From NCBI GenBank assembly GCA_050485365.1, contig JBJHBH010000006.1:6985-70984 (forward strand): a stretch of DNA of 64,000 bases, written 5' to 3'. Below the pieces are notes generated by a model. It was not told the DNA's origin and ran no database searches. It saw nothing but the letters and a program-made list of their open reading frames with translations. This DNA comes from Desulfuromonadales bacterium (GTDB lineage: Bacteria > Desulfobacterota > Desulfuromonadia > Desulfuromonadales > JACZKF01). Position numbers and translations under genes: made by a program. Of the stretch, positions 19,392 to 29,628 are shown piece by piece (the stretch's first letter is position 1; every line of letters starts with the position of its first letter).

Positions 19392-20384
19392 ATGTCGCTA
19401 GCTCTGGCATTGCACCTTCTCGCCACCGTTTTCCAGGTCGCAGCGGCCGTTCTCGCCCTTCGGCTCATCGCCGTATCGGGTCGCAGGCTCGCCTGGATTC
19501 TTCTCGCCCTCTCCTTCTCGGTTCGCGTAATCCGTCTCGGCATCCAGACGGTGCTCTATTTCAAGGGGAGCTACCGACTCATCCTTGTGGAGGAGTGGTT
19601 CAGTCTGGCCGTCTCGGTTCTGGCGTTGGCCGGGGTGCTGCTGATCCGCCCCATCTTTCTCGCCTTTCGGGAAGCCGAAGCGGCGAACGAGCGCATGCTC
19701 AAGGAGATCGAGGTCTACAGCCACACCGTCTCTCACGACCTGCGCACCCCGCTGACGGTCGTCCTCGGCCATGCCCAGATCCTCGACGAGCGGCTGCGCT
19801 CCGCGGGGAACGGCGGCGCGCTGTTGCCCAGCGTCGAGGCGATCGCCCAGGGGGCTCATCAGATGAACGCCATGATCGGCACCCTGACGGAGGTGGCGCG
19901 CATCGAAGGCGGTCAGCTCAAGGTCGAGCTTCAGGCCCTCGATCTCGAAGCCCGTATGAACGATCTGCTGAAGCGCTCGGCCGTCGTCGTGCCGCAGGAA
20001 CGGGTGCGCTGTGAAATTCCCAGGGGGATTCCTGCCGTTCTGGCCGACCCCGTTCTGCTGGAGCGCGTGGTGCTCAACCTGCTGACCAACGCGCTGAAAT
20101 ATTCCGAAACCGACAGCGGGGTCGTCCTGCTCACGGCGGAGGCGCGTGCCGACGAAGTCGTGCTGATGGTTCAAGACAGCGGCCCCGGCATCTCGGCGCA
20201 GATGATGCCGCACCTCTTCGAGCGTTTTTACCGGGGCGAGGGCGGCGAACGCGACAGGGAGGGACTCGGCCTCGGCCTCTACATCTGCAAATCATTGACG
20301 GAGATGCAGGGCGGACGCATCTGGGCGCAGAGCGCAAAGCCGCGCGGGAGCATCTTCTGCGTGGCCCTTCGTTACGCCGTTTGA
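19392..20384 (+). CDS. membrane sensor histidine kinase (HisKA + HATPase_c)
   Basis: N-terminal TM helices, H-box SHDLRTPL, and N/G boxes LLTNALKYS and GLGLGLYI. Confidence 0.9.
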   Translation: MSLALALHLLATVFQVAAAVLALRLIAVSGRRLAWILLALSFSVRVIRLGIQTVLYFKGSYRLILVEEWFSLAVSVLALAGVLLIRPIFLAFREAEAANERMLKEIEVYSHTVSHDLRTPLTVVLGHAQILDERLRSAGNGGALLPSVEAIAQGAHQMNAMIGTLTEVARIEGGQLKVELQALDLEARMNDLLKRSAVVVPQERVRCEIPRGIPAVLADPVLLERVVLNLLTNALKYSETDSGVVLLTAEARADEVVLMVQDSGPGISAQMMPHLFERFYRGEGGERDREGLGLGLYICKSLTEMQGGRIWAQSAKPRGSIFCVALRYAV

Positions 20385-20458
20385 GATCGAAGCGCAAATT
20401 CTTCTCTTGACATGAAGACGATCTTCGAGAACAATGAAATCAAATTTCAATTTCTTCC

Positions 20459-21157
20459 ATGGAGCGCCCCATGCCCTCTTCGATTCATCCGCCTGCCCGA
20501 CGCGACGAACGACCCTCGATCTGGCAGCAGGTCGCCCATCGCTTCCCGGCAGGGCGTGACTGTCTCGCCTCCTTTGTGGCCTTCGAAGGGGCGGAGGTGC
20601 TGGCCGGAGCCAAGCCGGCCAATCTCGTCAACGTCACCAACCGCCCCAACGCCTGCGGCGTCAATCTCTACCGCCTGTGGAAGCGTTTCGGGGAGGAGAT
20701 CCTGGAGGGGGCGAAGATACGGGCCGAGCTCATGTGCGACCGGGGAGACTCTTTGCTTTTGCTGCTGTACGACCCGGCGCTGATGAAGGCGCTCCTCGAA
20801 ACGCCCCGCGCCCGGCATTTTCTCGGGCGGGCGGGCTACGGCACCTATCAGGGATGGAGAGAGGCGCTGGAAACGCTGAAAGGGAGGCTGGAAGACGGGA
20901 CCTTCCCGCACGAGATCGGTCTCTTTCTCGGCTATCCCCTCAAGGATGTCGCCGGATTTCTCGGCTGGTCTCCCCTCCCCTTTACCTGCCAGGGGCCCTG
21001 GAAAATCTACGGAGATCCCCGCAGCAGCCTTGAGCTGGCGCAGCGCCACCGGGCCTGTCGGGGCAAGATGGTGCGCAGGCTCTCCAGAGCCGGAGACCCG
21101 ATCCGCTGCATCCGCGGCGCTCGCGGCGATCGACGAAGGAAGGAGGTGGCGATATGA
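20459..21157 (+). CDS. DUF3793-family protein
   Basis: KPANLVNV ... FPHEIGLFLGYPLKDVAGF signature as I recall for DUF3793. Confidence 0.55.
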   Translation: MERPMPSSIHPPARRDERPSIWQQVAHRFPAGRDCLASFVAFEGAEVLAGAKPANLVNVTNRPNACGVNLYRLWKRFGEEILEGAKIRAELMCDRGDSLLLLLYDPALMKALLETPRARHFLGRAGYGTYQGWREALETLKGRLEDGTFPHEIGLFLGYPLKDVAGFLGWSPLPFTCQGPWKIYGDPRSSLELAQRHRACRGKMVRRLSRAGDPIRCIRGARGDRRRKEVAI

Positions 21158-21462
21158 CGATGGTGGTGATCGGAGGGATGGATCGTCTGGGGAAGCATTA
21201 CGAGGCCGAAGCGCGGGCGCACGGGGTCGATCTGCGCATCTTCAGCCAGGCGGAAAAAGGTCTGGGATCACGGCTCGGCAATGCCGATGCGGTGATCCTC
21301 TTCACGGGAAAGGTTTCTCACCGCGCGCGGCGCGAGGTTATGGCGGCGGCGCGCAAGCTCGACATCCCCGTCCATCAGTTCCACTCCTGCGGCGTCTGTA
21401 CCCTCAGAGAATGCCTGCAGGAGCTCTGTCCGAAGAAGGCTCTCGGCAACAGCGCCGACTGA
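21154..21462 (+). CDS. DUF2325-family protein
   Basis: 102 aa, VVIGGMDRLGKHY...AVILFTGKVSHRAR pattern. 4-bp overlap with the upstream gene. Confidence 0.5.
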   Translation: MTMVVIGGMDRLGKHYEAEARAHGVDLRIFSQAEKGLGSRLGNADAVILFTGKVSHRARREVMAAARKLDIPVHQFHSCGVCTLRECLQELCPKKALGNSAD

Positions 21463-21561
21463 GCCGTCCTCCCGTCCTTCCTCCGCGGCGCGCATGAATC
21501 GCGGGAGCCGCCTTCGCTACGGGCGTGATCGATCGCCCCAGAAGGCGGCTCCCCCAAGACA

Positions 21562-23367
21562 TCAGGAGCGCCGGTCGGGCAGGCGCAGTTGCCCCCCCTC
21601 CCCGGAGTTGCCCCCCCCACCTTCCAGATTCAGGCGGAAGCGCGAGATCATCTGCAGAAGCTCTCCGGCCTGCCCCGACAGCTCCTCCGACGCTGCGGCG
21701 CACTCCTCGGAGGTGGCCGTGTTCTGCTGGGTCACCTGATCGATCTGCGAAACGCCGATGCTGATCTGCGAAATCCCCTCGGCCTGTTCGTTGCTGGCCG
21801 TGGCGATCTCGGCGGTCAGGTCGGTGACCTTGCCGATACCCGAGACGATCTCCCCGAGGGAGGCGGCGGTGCGCTCGGCGATCCCCGCCCCGTTGGAGGC
21901 CTTCGACAGGGCGTCGGCGATGAGCGTCTCGGTCTCCTTGGCGGCCTTGGCGCTGCGCGCGGCGAGGTTGCGCACCTCTTCGGCGACGACGGCGAACCCG
22001 CGGCCGTGGGCTCCGGCGCGGGCGGCCTCCACCGCGGCGTTCAGGGCGAGCAGGTTCGTCTGGAAGGCGATCTCGTCGATGACCTTGATGATCTTGGAGA
22101 TACTCTGCCCCGAGGCGTTGATGTCGCTCATGGCGACGACCATCTCTCCCATGCGCCGGTTTCCTTCCTCGGCGGCATCCTGAACGTTGCGGGTCAGCTT
22201 GCGCGCCTCGACGGCGTGATCGGCATTGTTGCGGGTCTGGGACGAGAGCTCATGCAGCGAAGCGCTGATCTGCTCCAGAGAGCTGGCCGACTCGGTCGCC
22301 CCCTGCGAGAGGGTCTGACTTGAGTCGGAGACCTCGACGGCGCGCATGTGAAAGCGCTCTCCGGCAAGGCGGATCTGCCCCATCAGGGCGTTGAGGTTCT
22401 CGTTGGCCTTTTCCAGCGGGTTGCGGATCAGCCCCTGCGCCTTGAAGGTGAAGTCGCCCGAGGCGAGACGCTCGAAGGCGGTGAGGACCTCGTTCTTCAG
22501 GTTCTCGGCAAAGGCGTCGAGAGCCTGCGCCATGGTGCCGATCTCGTCCTTGCGGTTCATCGAGAGGCGGCGGTCGAGCTCGCCGCGCTCGAGCCCGGCG
22601 AGCATATCGACGGTGCGGTTCAGGGGGCGAACGAAGGAGCGGGTCATGAAGAGGGTGAAAAACGCCGCGTACAGAAGCAGCCCCGCCAGAACGACGGCCC
22701 CTCCGGTCATCACGGCGTAGGCCACCTCGGCGTCCGCGCTCTCCAGCGACTGAAGCACCTGGAAGGCGCCGTGCACCTCTCCGACGCGCCACCCTTCCAT
22801 CCGCGCCCCCGTCGGGTCGATGCCGGCGCTGTTGCCCCACAGCGTCTTCGACAGGGCCGGATCGCCGTGGCAGTTCATGCACGTCTCGGAGAGGACGACG
22901 GGGCGAAAGTAGCGCACCGCGTTCATCTGCCGGTCGATCTCGACATATTCGGGGGCTCCGGCGGCGAGGGCCTTGAGCGCCCGCGCTTCGAGCTCATCGG
23001 GTTGGTTTGCCGGATTGCGTGGCTGGAACTTCGGGGTGCGGAAGGTGTACTCCCCTTCCTGCGAGCGCATCATGGCCGCTCTCCACGCCGAGACGACCGG
23101 CACCGCCGCCAGCACCTTGTCCTTGGCCCCTTCCTCGGCCCATTCGCGCAGCATGTCGTGATCAAAGATTCCCATCGCCCACTTGTTCTCCATCTCCTCG
23201 CGGGCCGACTCGGCGGTCAGGCAGATGGCGCGCGCTTTGGCGACGAAGGCGTCGACGGTGCTCGATCGGGCGCTGTTATAGTAGAGCCCGAAGAGGACCG
23301 CCACCAGAAGAGCGGGAAGGAGGATGCCGATGGTCAGGATCTTGGTGCGGATGGAAAGATTCGTCAT
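21562..23367 (-). CDS. methyl-accepting chemotaxis protein with a periplasmic CxxCH (heme-c) sensor region
   Basis: Start MTNLSIRTK at 23367. Two TM segments, CMNCH in the periplasmic part, a HAMP domain, and a conserved MCP signalling domain (...[20 protein letters not shown]...). Confidence 0.9.
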   Translation of the reverse strand: MTNLSIRTKILTIGILLPALLVAVLFGLYYNSARSSTVDAFVAKARAICLTAESAREEMENKWAMGIFDHDMLREWAEEGAKDKVLAAVPVVSAWRAAMMRSQEGEYTFRTPKFQPRNPANQPDELEARALKALAAGAPEYVEIDRQMNAVRYFRPVVLSETCMNCHGDPALSKTLWGNSAGIDPTGARMEGWRVGEVHGAFQVLQSLESADAEVAYAVMTGGAVVLAGLLLYAAFFTLFMTRSFVRPLNRTVDMLAGLERGELDRRLSMNRKDEIGTMAQALDAFAENLKNEVLTAFERLASGDFTFKAQGLIRNPLEKANENLNALMGQIRLAGERFHMRAVEVSDSSQTLSQGATESASSLEQISASLHELSSQTRNNADHAVEARKLTRNVQDAAEEGNRRMGEMVVAMSDINASGQSISKIIKVIDEIAFQTNLLALNAAVEAARAGAHGRGFAVVAEEVRNLAARSAKAAKETETLIADALSKASNGAGIAERTAASLGEIVSGIGKVTDLTAEIATASNEQAEGISQISIGVSQIDQVTQQNTATSEECAAASEELSGQAGELLQMISRFRLNLEGGGGNSGEGGQLRLPDRRS

Positions 23368-23511
23368 TGCAGACTCCGGCGTGAGAAGAGCAGAGGAAGG
23401 AACACCAAACGATGACATTAAACACAATTTTACTCTGATTTGGTAGCATTTTCGACGCAGCCCGTCCCCCTTCCCCCGCCGGAGAGGAAAAGGGGCGGGC
23501 AGACGTCATTT

Positions 23512-24798
23512 TCAGACGACCGTCACGCGGGTTTTGGCGGTGCCGAGAAGCTCGCCGCTGATCCAGTGACGGTACTCCACCGCGACTTCCCAGACCCCTG
23601 CGGGAGCGTCGTGAACGAGCAGATCCCACCTCTGGGCGCTCGTCAGCTCGAAGGCGTCGCCGAGCTCGGACAAAGCGAAAGGATAGGCGTAGCCCGTGTG
23701 CCCCTCTCCGCCGAGTACCTTGCCGTCCATGGAGATGACTTCGGCTTTGAGTTCCGAAGGAAGAATGATCTTGGTGCGGGTATAGCTCGCGTTGACGACG
23801 CGCAGCAGCACGGTGTCGCCCGTCCGGGCCTCAACTGCCACCTTCGGGTGGGTGATGAGGGGGTCGTCCTGGTCGGCGATCACTCCGGTGATGAGGAAGC
23901 GGTTCGGCTCGAAGCGGTGCAGGTGGGGGTTCTCCTCCGGATCGGGGTCCCACGGCTCGAAGGGGCAGGAGATTCCGGCGCCGTGGCCGTGGTTGAGGAC
24001 GCCGTCGTCCGCGCGGTCGTCGTGCCAGCGCAGATCGAAATCGTCGATGACCCAGAGCCCCTCCACGTCGTAGCGCACGAGATCGTCTCGGCGCAGCACG
24101 TATCCGGGGCCGCCGTCGGCGTAGGGGGCGGTCAGATCGCTCCCCTGCGGCGCGGGGGGATCGATGATGAGGAGCCCGTACATCCCCATCTCGAAGTGAA
24201 GGACGGTGTTGCGGTGGCAGTGATAGATGTAGGTGCCGGGGTCCTTTGCACGAAACTGGTAGATGTAGCCGTCCCCTTCGAGCTCGAAGGTGACGTGCCC
24301 GACGCCGTCGTTGACGGGGGAGGCGCCGATGCCGTGGTGATGGATGGTGTGGGGGCCGTGGCTCGGGCGGTGATAGCTGTGGATGAGCTCGCCCTGCACC
24401 GCCCGCATGGTCGGGTTGGGGAACTCGAGCGCGTCGCTGCCGAAGTAGTCGGTGAAGCCCCAGATCTCGATCTCCTCCCGGCGGCCAGAGTCGTCGTTTA
24501 TGGGGATGAAAATCTCGCGGTGGTCCATCTCGCGCAGGAAGAGACGATCGCGGGGCTGAACGTCGGGGGTGCGAAGGACCCGCGGGTCCCCCCAACCATA
24601 CCCCTCAAGGTCGTCCTCGCCGTCGAGATCGTGGCGAAACTCGAACCCGGGGCGAAAGAGTCCGCGGACATCCTCGCCGTCTTCTGCAAAATCGATGCTT
24701 TCGGGCATATCGCAGCCGAACCAGCGGAAGGAATCGGTGTCTTCTACATTCTCGCCGGCGGGCAGGCCGACGTCGCGGGGGATGATCACTCTTGCCAT
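23512..24798 (-). CDS. multicopper-oxidase-like protein without signal peptide
   Basis: HTIHHHG and YHCHRNTVLHFEMGMYG copper-ligand motifs. The N-terminus is not signal-like. Confidence 0.65.
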   Translation of the reverse strand: MARVIIPRDVGLPAGENVEDTDSFRWFGCDMPESIDFAEDGEDVRGLFRPGFEFRHDLDGEDDLEGYGWGDPRVLRTPDVQPRDRLFLREMDHREIFIPINDDSGRREEIEIWGFTDYFGSDALEFPNPTMRAVQGELIHSYHRPSHGPHTIHHHGIGASPVNDGVGHVTFELEGDGYIYQFRAKDPGTYIYHCHRNTVLHFEMGMYGLLIIDPPAPQGSDLTAPYADGGPGYVLRRDDLVRYDVEGLWVIDDFDLRWHDDRADDGVLNHGHGAGISCPFEPWDPDPEENPHLHRFEPNRFLITGVIADQDDPLITHPKVAVEARTGDTVLLRVVNASYTRTKIILPSELKAEVISMDGKVLGGEGHTGYAYPFALSELGDAFELTSAQRWDLLVHDAPAGVWEVAVEYRHWISGELLGTAKTRVTVV

Positions 24799-24848
24799 GA
24801 CGCTACCTCCATATCATCGAAAGACTGTTTTCGTTCCATCGGTCCGCC

Positions 24849-26285
24849 TCAGCGAAGGCGCAGCGAGAAAGTGTGCGCGGCGCCGTGGCCGTTGCCGTGG
24901 CCGTGGAGCATCAGCGTCGCGCGGCGGCTCCCCAGAAACGACAGGGCTCGCCCCTGAAAGCTCCAGCGCCCGTCGCTGCCGACGTGCAGCTCGGTCACCG
25001 CCGGCGCGCTGCCGTCGCCGGGGTGAAGCCCCAGATGGACGTTGGGCTTCGAGCAGCGCCCCTCGAGACGGAGCTGCCCCGAGCGCACCCTGAGCTCGGC
25101 GACGTCGACCTGGATCACCGCATCGTCTTCGTCGAGCTCGCCGTCGATCTGCCAGTGCGTCACCGCCCCTTGCGGGTAGTTCCCCCCCGCGGCGGTCTGC
25201 GACATCTCCACATGGCAGTGCATCGGGTAGACCAGGGGGAAGAGCTCTTCGACAGGGGGCCAGGTGCCGATCTCCGGCGGAACGATGAAGGGCAGCAGAA
25301 GATCGATTCGTTCGAGGGGGGAGATGCTCCAGGTGTCGATCCACCACACGTTTTCGCGCACGGTGCCGTTCTTGGCGAGCAGATAGAAGTGATTGCCGTG
25401 AGGGTGCGGCGAGTGGGTGGCGAGCCCGGCGTTGAGCGAGCGGATCAGGGCGGGCTGCCCCACGTTGCCGAAGGGGGAGAGCTCGGCCTGCGGATCGAGG
25501 CGCCCGCCAAGAACGTGCTCATGCCCTTCCTCGGAGTGGCCCGCAGCGAAGTACCCACTTTTGCCGTTGATGGTAAAGTAGCGCGGCAGGTAGCCGTCGG
25601 TGAACTCGGACGCCGGGACGAAATCGACCGTTGCGAGCCGCTCGTTCTTGTCGGGATCGACGGTGCTGAAGAGCCAGATCCAGGTGCGGGCCGGGTCCCA
25701 GGGGTGGCCTGGGAAGTGGTCTGAACCGCGCCCCGGCGACCAGTCTTTGGTTCCAAGGTCGTTGAAGAGGCGCTGCACGTTCGGGGTCGGATCACTGTAG
25801 GGGGTGTTGTTCCCGACGGTATCGGGCATCACGACCAGAGCGCCGTGCAGACCCATGACGCGGTTGACCGGCGCGTTGAAGGGATCGAGGTAGTAGTAGG
25901 TGCCCGCCTTGGGCGCCGTGAACTCCACCTCGACACTCTCGCCGAAGGGGATGGCGCCGCTGTCGTAGACGCCGGGGACGGCAAAGCCGTGGTCGCCCCC
26001 CCGCTCGATCTCGTTGGTGACGGTGAGGCGAACCGTCTTGCCTTCCTGCACGATCAGAACCGGCGCGGGGATTCTCGGCCCGACATCCGGCGCGCTGAAG
26101 GCCCAGCTGTACACCAGCGTTCCGTCGACCATTTCGGCGTCGACTTCGACCATCTTCAGACTTATAGGGTGGTGCTGCGCCGCCAGAGCGCTGCTCGCGC
26201 GGGCAAAGACCGGCACGATCCCTGAGCCGAGCGCGAACGCGGCGACGCCGCAAGAGCTCATCTTGAGGAAATCTCTTCGTTTCAT
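24849..26285 (-). CDS. Tat-exported multicopper-oxidase-like protein with His-rich C-terminus
   Basis: Start MKRRDFLKMSSCGVAAFALG at 26285, after AAGGGAGA. HSPHPHGNHF and PMHCHVEMS motifs. C-terminal HGHGNGHG. Confidence 0.65.
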   Translation of the reverse strand: MKRRDFLKMSSCGVAAFALGSGIVPVFARASSALAAQHHPISLKMVEVDAEMVDGTLVYSWAFSAPDVGPRIPAPVLIVQEGKTVRLTVTNEIERGGDHGFAVPGVYDSGAIPFGESVEVEFTAPKAGTYYYLDPFNAPVNRVMGLHGALVVMPDTVGNNTPYSDPTPNVQRLFNDLGTKDWSPGRGSDHFPGHPWDPARTWIWLFSTVDPDKNERLATVDFVPASEFTDGYLPRYFTINGKSGYFAAGHSEEGHEHVLGGRLDPQAELSPFGNVGQPALIRSLNAGLATHSPHPHGNHFYLLAKNGTVRENVWWIDTWSISPLERIDLLLPFIVPPEIGTWPPVEELFPLVYPMHCHVEMSQTAAGGNYPQGAVTHWQIDGELDEDDAVIQVDVAELRVRSGQLRLEGRCSKPNVHLGLHPGDGSAPAVTELHVGSDGRWSFQGRALSFLGSRRATLMLHGHGNGHGAAHTFSLRLR

Positions 26286-26564
26286 ACACGTCTCCCTTGG
26301 ATGGAATGACACCTCGAAATGCACGGGAGGGGTGGTCGGTGTGCGAGGATGGTTCGAAACGCAGAGCCGGCCGCACGAGGCCCGGACTTCGGGCGGCGAG
26401 CGGCGGACGGTGGAAAGAAGGGGGGGTAGGTCGGTAGTCCGCCCGGGCCGCACCTAAAGCCCGTGTTCCTTCATACCCCTGGATGAAATAAAACGTAACA
26501 CGTTTATTTCATCGTGCCACCCACAAGGGGTAAAAAGAGACACTTCCGGTGCGGAGGACGGAGT

Positions 26565-28721
26565 TTAGGCTCCGTGAATCTCTCGCTCGACGACGGCCTT
26601 CAGGGCATGTTCGCGGCCGACGACGACGAGCACGTCGCCTTCGAGCAGAATTTCGTCCGGAGAAGGAGACGTGACCTTCACCTCGCCGCGCCGGATGCCG
26701 ATGACGGTGATGCCGAGCTCTTCACGCAGGTTCAGCGCCGCAAGAGAACGGCCGACCCAGGGGGAATCGCTCCCGAGCCCGATCTCTTCCATGAGGAAAT
26801 GAGCGTTATCGCCCCCCTGCAGCTCGTCGCGCTGATCGAGCAGCGCCTGGGCCCTGTCGAGGCTCTCCCGCTCTCCCATGAGTACCAGCCGATCGCCCGG
26901 GAAGAGGAGAAAGTCGGCATCGGGGTCGAAATGGCTGTGGCCGGCACGGTCGACGGCCATGATCGAGGCGGCGGTGCGGGCGCGCAGATCGAGGTCGCGG
27001 ATCTTCTTCCCGGCGGCGAAGGAGCCGGTCTTCAGGCGCACCTCGGCCAGGCTGACGGGCCACAAGGAGATGTCGGAGATGCGGTCCATGGGCGAGCTCA
27101 GCGCATCGACGGCCTGCTCGGCCGCGTCGATGAAGGGCCACAGCACCTTGTCGGCCCCGGCCGCCTTGAACGCCTCGGCCTCGGCCAGGTTGTGGGCGGT
27201 CAGCACGATCTTTCCGCCGTAGCCGCGCTCCTTGAGCGACTTCAGAAGTACCAGGTTCACGTCGCGTCCCGGCGACGAATTGACGACCCACGACGCGTTC
27301 GCCAGCGGGAGGTGTTCGAGAATCTCGGGATCTTCGGCGTCGCCGTAGCGCACCGCGAGCCCTTCTCTGCGGCACTCGGCGACGACCTGCGGATCGAAGT
27401 CGACGCCCAGAACGCTCCTGCGGCGGTGCTGAAGGTTTCTGGCGATATTGCGTCCGTAGCGCCCCAGGCCGAACAGGATGATGTCGAACTCCCCTGCGGC
27501 GGCGCTGCTGTCCTCGTCGCGCTCGCGGTGGGGGATCTTTCGCTCGAAGATCGACAGATACGGCGCGATGCGATTGTAGATCTGGTGCGAGTAGAGGATC
27601 ATGTAGGTCGACAGGCCGATGGTGATGAGCCCCACCAGGGTGATCAGACCCATGGTGTCCATGTCGATGTGCCCGAGGCTCACCCCCAGAGCACCGAGGA
27701 TGAGGGAAAACTCGCTGATCTGCGCGACGGTGAGGCCCGCCAGAAAGCCTGTGCGCTTGCGGTATCCCATGTACCCCATGATCGTCATGACGATGAGGGG
27801 ATTGCCGATCAGGACGAAGGCCGAAAAGATCAGCGAGGCGCCGAGCTGGCTCCCCAGGGTGGACAGATCGAGCTGGGCGCCTAGATTGATGAAGAAGAAC
27901 AGCAGCAGAAAGTCGCGCAGGGTGACGAGGCGCGAGCCGATCGCTTCGCGGTAATGGGTCGAGGCGAGGGAGACGCCGGCGAGGAAGGCGCCGACCTCCA
28001 TGCTGAAGCCGAGATAATCCCCGGCCGCGGCGAGCAGAACCGCCCAGGCGATGGCGAAGAGGATGAGGAGCTCCTGCGAGCGGGCCAGATGCGCCAGGAG
28101 GTTCGGCAGAACGTATCGCATCAGAACCCCGAGCGCGGCGATGAAGACCGCTCCCCGAAGGAAGGTCAACAGGAAGGCGACCGAGACGTGATCGGCCGCC
28201 TCGCCCGCCCCCAGCGCCGTCAGGCCGATCATCGCCAGAACCACGGCGATGTCCTGCACGATCAGAAAGCCGATGGCGATGCGCCCGTGCAGCGCGTCGA
28301 TCTCGCGCTTGTCGGAGAGGAGCTTGACGATGATGATGGTGCTCGAGAAGGTCAGCGCGACGGCGACGTAGAGCGCCCCCACCAGGGACATCCCCAGCCC
28401 AAGGGCGATCAGGAACCCGACAACCGAGGTGAAGAGAACCTGCCCCATGCCAGTGGCCAGGGCGACGCGCCCCATGCTGCGGATCAGGTGCAGGTCGAGC
28501 TTGAGGCCGACGGCGAAGAGCAGAACGGCGATGCCGATCTCGGCCAGCAGGTGAAGGGGCTCCTCGGCGGTGACCAGATCGAGGCCGGCAGGGCCGACCA
28601 GGATGCCGACGGCGATGAAGGCAACAATGAGAGGCTGCTTGAGCTTGATCGCCACCGCGCCCAGAACGGCGCTGATGGCGAGGATGAGAGCCATTTCGGT
28701 AAAGATGTTTTCAGCGATCAT
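26565..28721 (-). CDS. CPA2 (Kef-type) cation:proton antiporter with RCK/TrkA domains
   Basis: About 380-aa Na_H exchanger membrane domain followed by IILFGLGRYGRNIA (TrkA-N) and TrkA-C-like segments. Confidence 0.85.
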   Translation of the reverse strand: MIAENIFTEMALILAISAVLGAVAIKLKQPLIVAFIAVGILVGPAGLDLVTAEEPLHLLAEIGIAVLLFAVGLKLDLHLIRSMGRVALATGMGQVLFTSVVGFLIALGLGMSLVGALYVAVALTFSSTIIIVKLLSDKREIDALHGRIAIGFLIVQDIAVVLAMIGLTALGAGEAADHVSVAFLLTFLRGAVFIAALGVLMRYVLPNLLAHLARSQELLILFAIAWAVLLAAAGDYLGFSMEVGAFLAGVSLASTHYREAIGSRLVTLRDFLLLFFFINLGAQLDLSTLGSQLGASLIFSAFVLIGNPLIVMTIMGYMGYRKRTGFLAGLTVAQISEFSLILGALGVSLGHIDMDTMGLITLVGLITIGLSTYMILYSHQIYNRIAPYLSIFERKIPHRERDEDSSAAAGEFDIILFGLGRYGRNIARNLQHRRRSVLGVDFDPQVVAECRREGLAVRYGDAEDPEILEHLPLANASWVVNSSPGRDVNLVLLKSLKERGYGGKIVLTAHNLAEAEAFKAAGADKVLWPFIDAAEQAVDALSSPMDRISDISLWPVSLAEVRLKTGSFAAGKKIRDLDLRARTAASIMAVDRAGHSHFDPDADFLLFPGDRLVLMGERESLDRAQALLDQRDELQGGDNAHFLMEEIGLGSDSPWVGRSLAALNLREELGITVIGIRRGEVKVTSPSPDEILLEGDVLVVVGREHALKAVVEREIHGA

Positions 28722-28749
28722 GCCGAACCTTTCACCAACATCGCAGCCG

Positions 28750-29478
28750 TCACGCCAGCTGCAGCAGCACCCCGTAGATTAGCGCCCCGGCGGAGAAGGC
28801 CAGGAAGCGGCCGTCGCGCTCATCGGGGAGCTCTTCTTTCAGGACGTTGAGGATGATTCCCCCGGCGAGCAGGGCGAAAAGAACCGAGACGAGGGCCGGA
28901 TGGACGACGTAGACGAGACTGATCATCCATCCGACCAGGATCGCGGCGCTCAGAATCCAGCACCCGTACCGGTGGTAGAGGCGCGGATAATGGTGGCGCA
29001 GCCCCGAATCGTTGACGATGAAGTGAAGCCCCATGGCAAAGGAGAAAAAGCCGAGAGTCGTCCACCCCTGCTGCGCCCGCTGCAGCAGAAAAAATCCGAT
29101 GATGACGTTGTACAGCGCGAACGAGACGAGGTGGAGCCAGAAGACCCGTGCGCCGTCGTCGCTCGGGCTCAGCCGCGCCGCCCGCTCCAGTCCGTAGAAG
29201 AAGACCAGGCCGAGCAGCGAGATGAAGAAAATATGGTGCTCGACCGCAACGAACCACGGTGCGGGGGAGAGAGCCTGCGTCAGATGGAACTGGCTTCGTC
29301 CCAGCTCCGGAAGGATGTGGACGAACACGTAGGCGGTGGAGACCCCGCCCGCGGCCGAGAGCCATCCGCTGCGCGGGACGACGTCGAAAAACCGCAGACG
29401 GCCTGCCCACTGGTGGGTGCCTGCGAGAAAAAACGCAAGCAGGCCCGTCACCCAGACCGTCGTCGTCCAATCCTCCAT
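28750..29478 (-). CDS. polytopic membrane protein, possibly a ZIP-like metal transporter
   Basis: About 8 hydrophobic segments, with HILPE and EELPDE motifs. Family assignment is tentative. Confidence 0.4.
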   Translation of the reverse strand: MEDWTTTVWVTGLLAFFLAGTHQWAGRLRFFDVVPRSGWLSAAGGVSTAYVFVHILPELGRSQFHLTQALSPAPWFVAVEHHIFFISLLGLVFFYGLERAARLSPSDDGARVFWLHLVSFALYNVIIGFFLLQRAQQGWTTLGFFSFAMGLHFIVNDSGLRHHYPRLYHRYGCWILSAAILVGWMISLVYVVHPALVSVLFALLAGGIILNVLKEELPDERDGRFLAFSAGALIYGVLLQLA

Positions 29479-29628
29479 CTCAAAACTCCGGCGTCACCAG
29501 GGTCGCAGCTCCTTCCGGCGAACGACCGTCTCCTTCGAATCGAAAAGTGGAGTTTAACGATTTGCGACGCATACGGCAAGGAGTTCCGCCGTCGGACGGA
29601 CAATCTTCGAGGACGAAGGCAGGACAAT

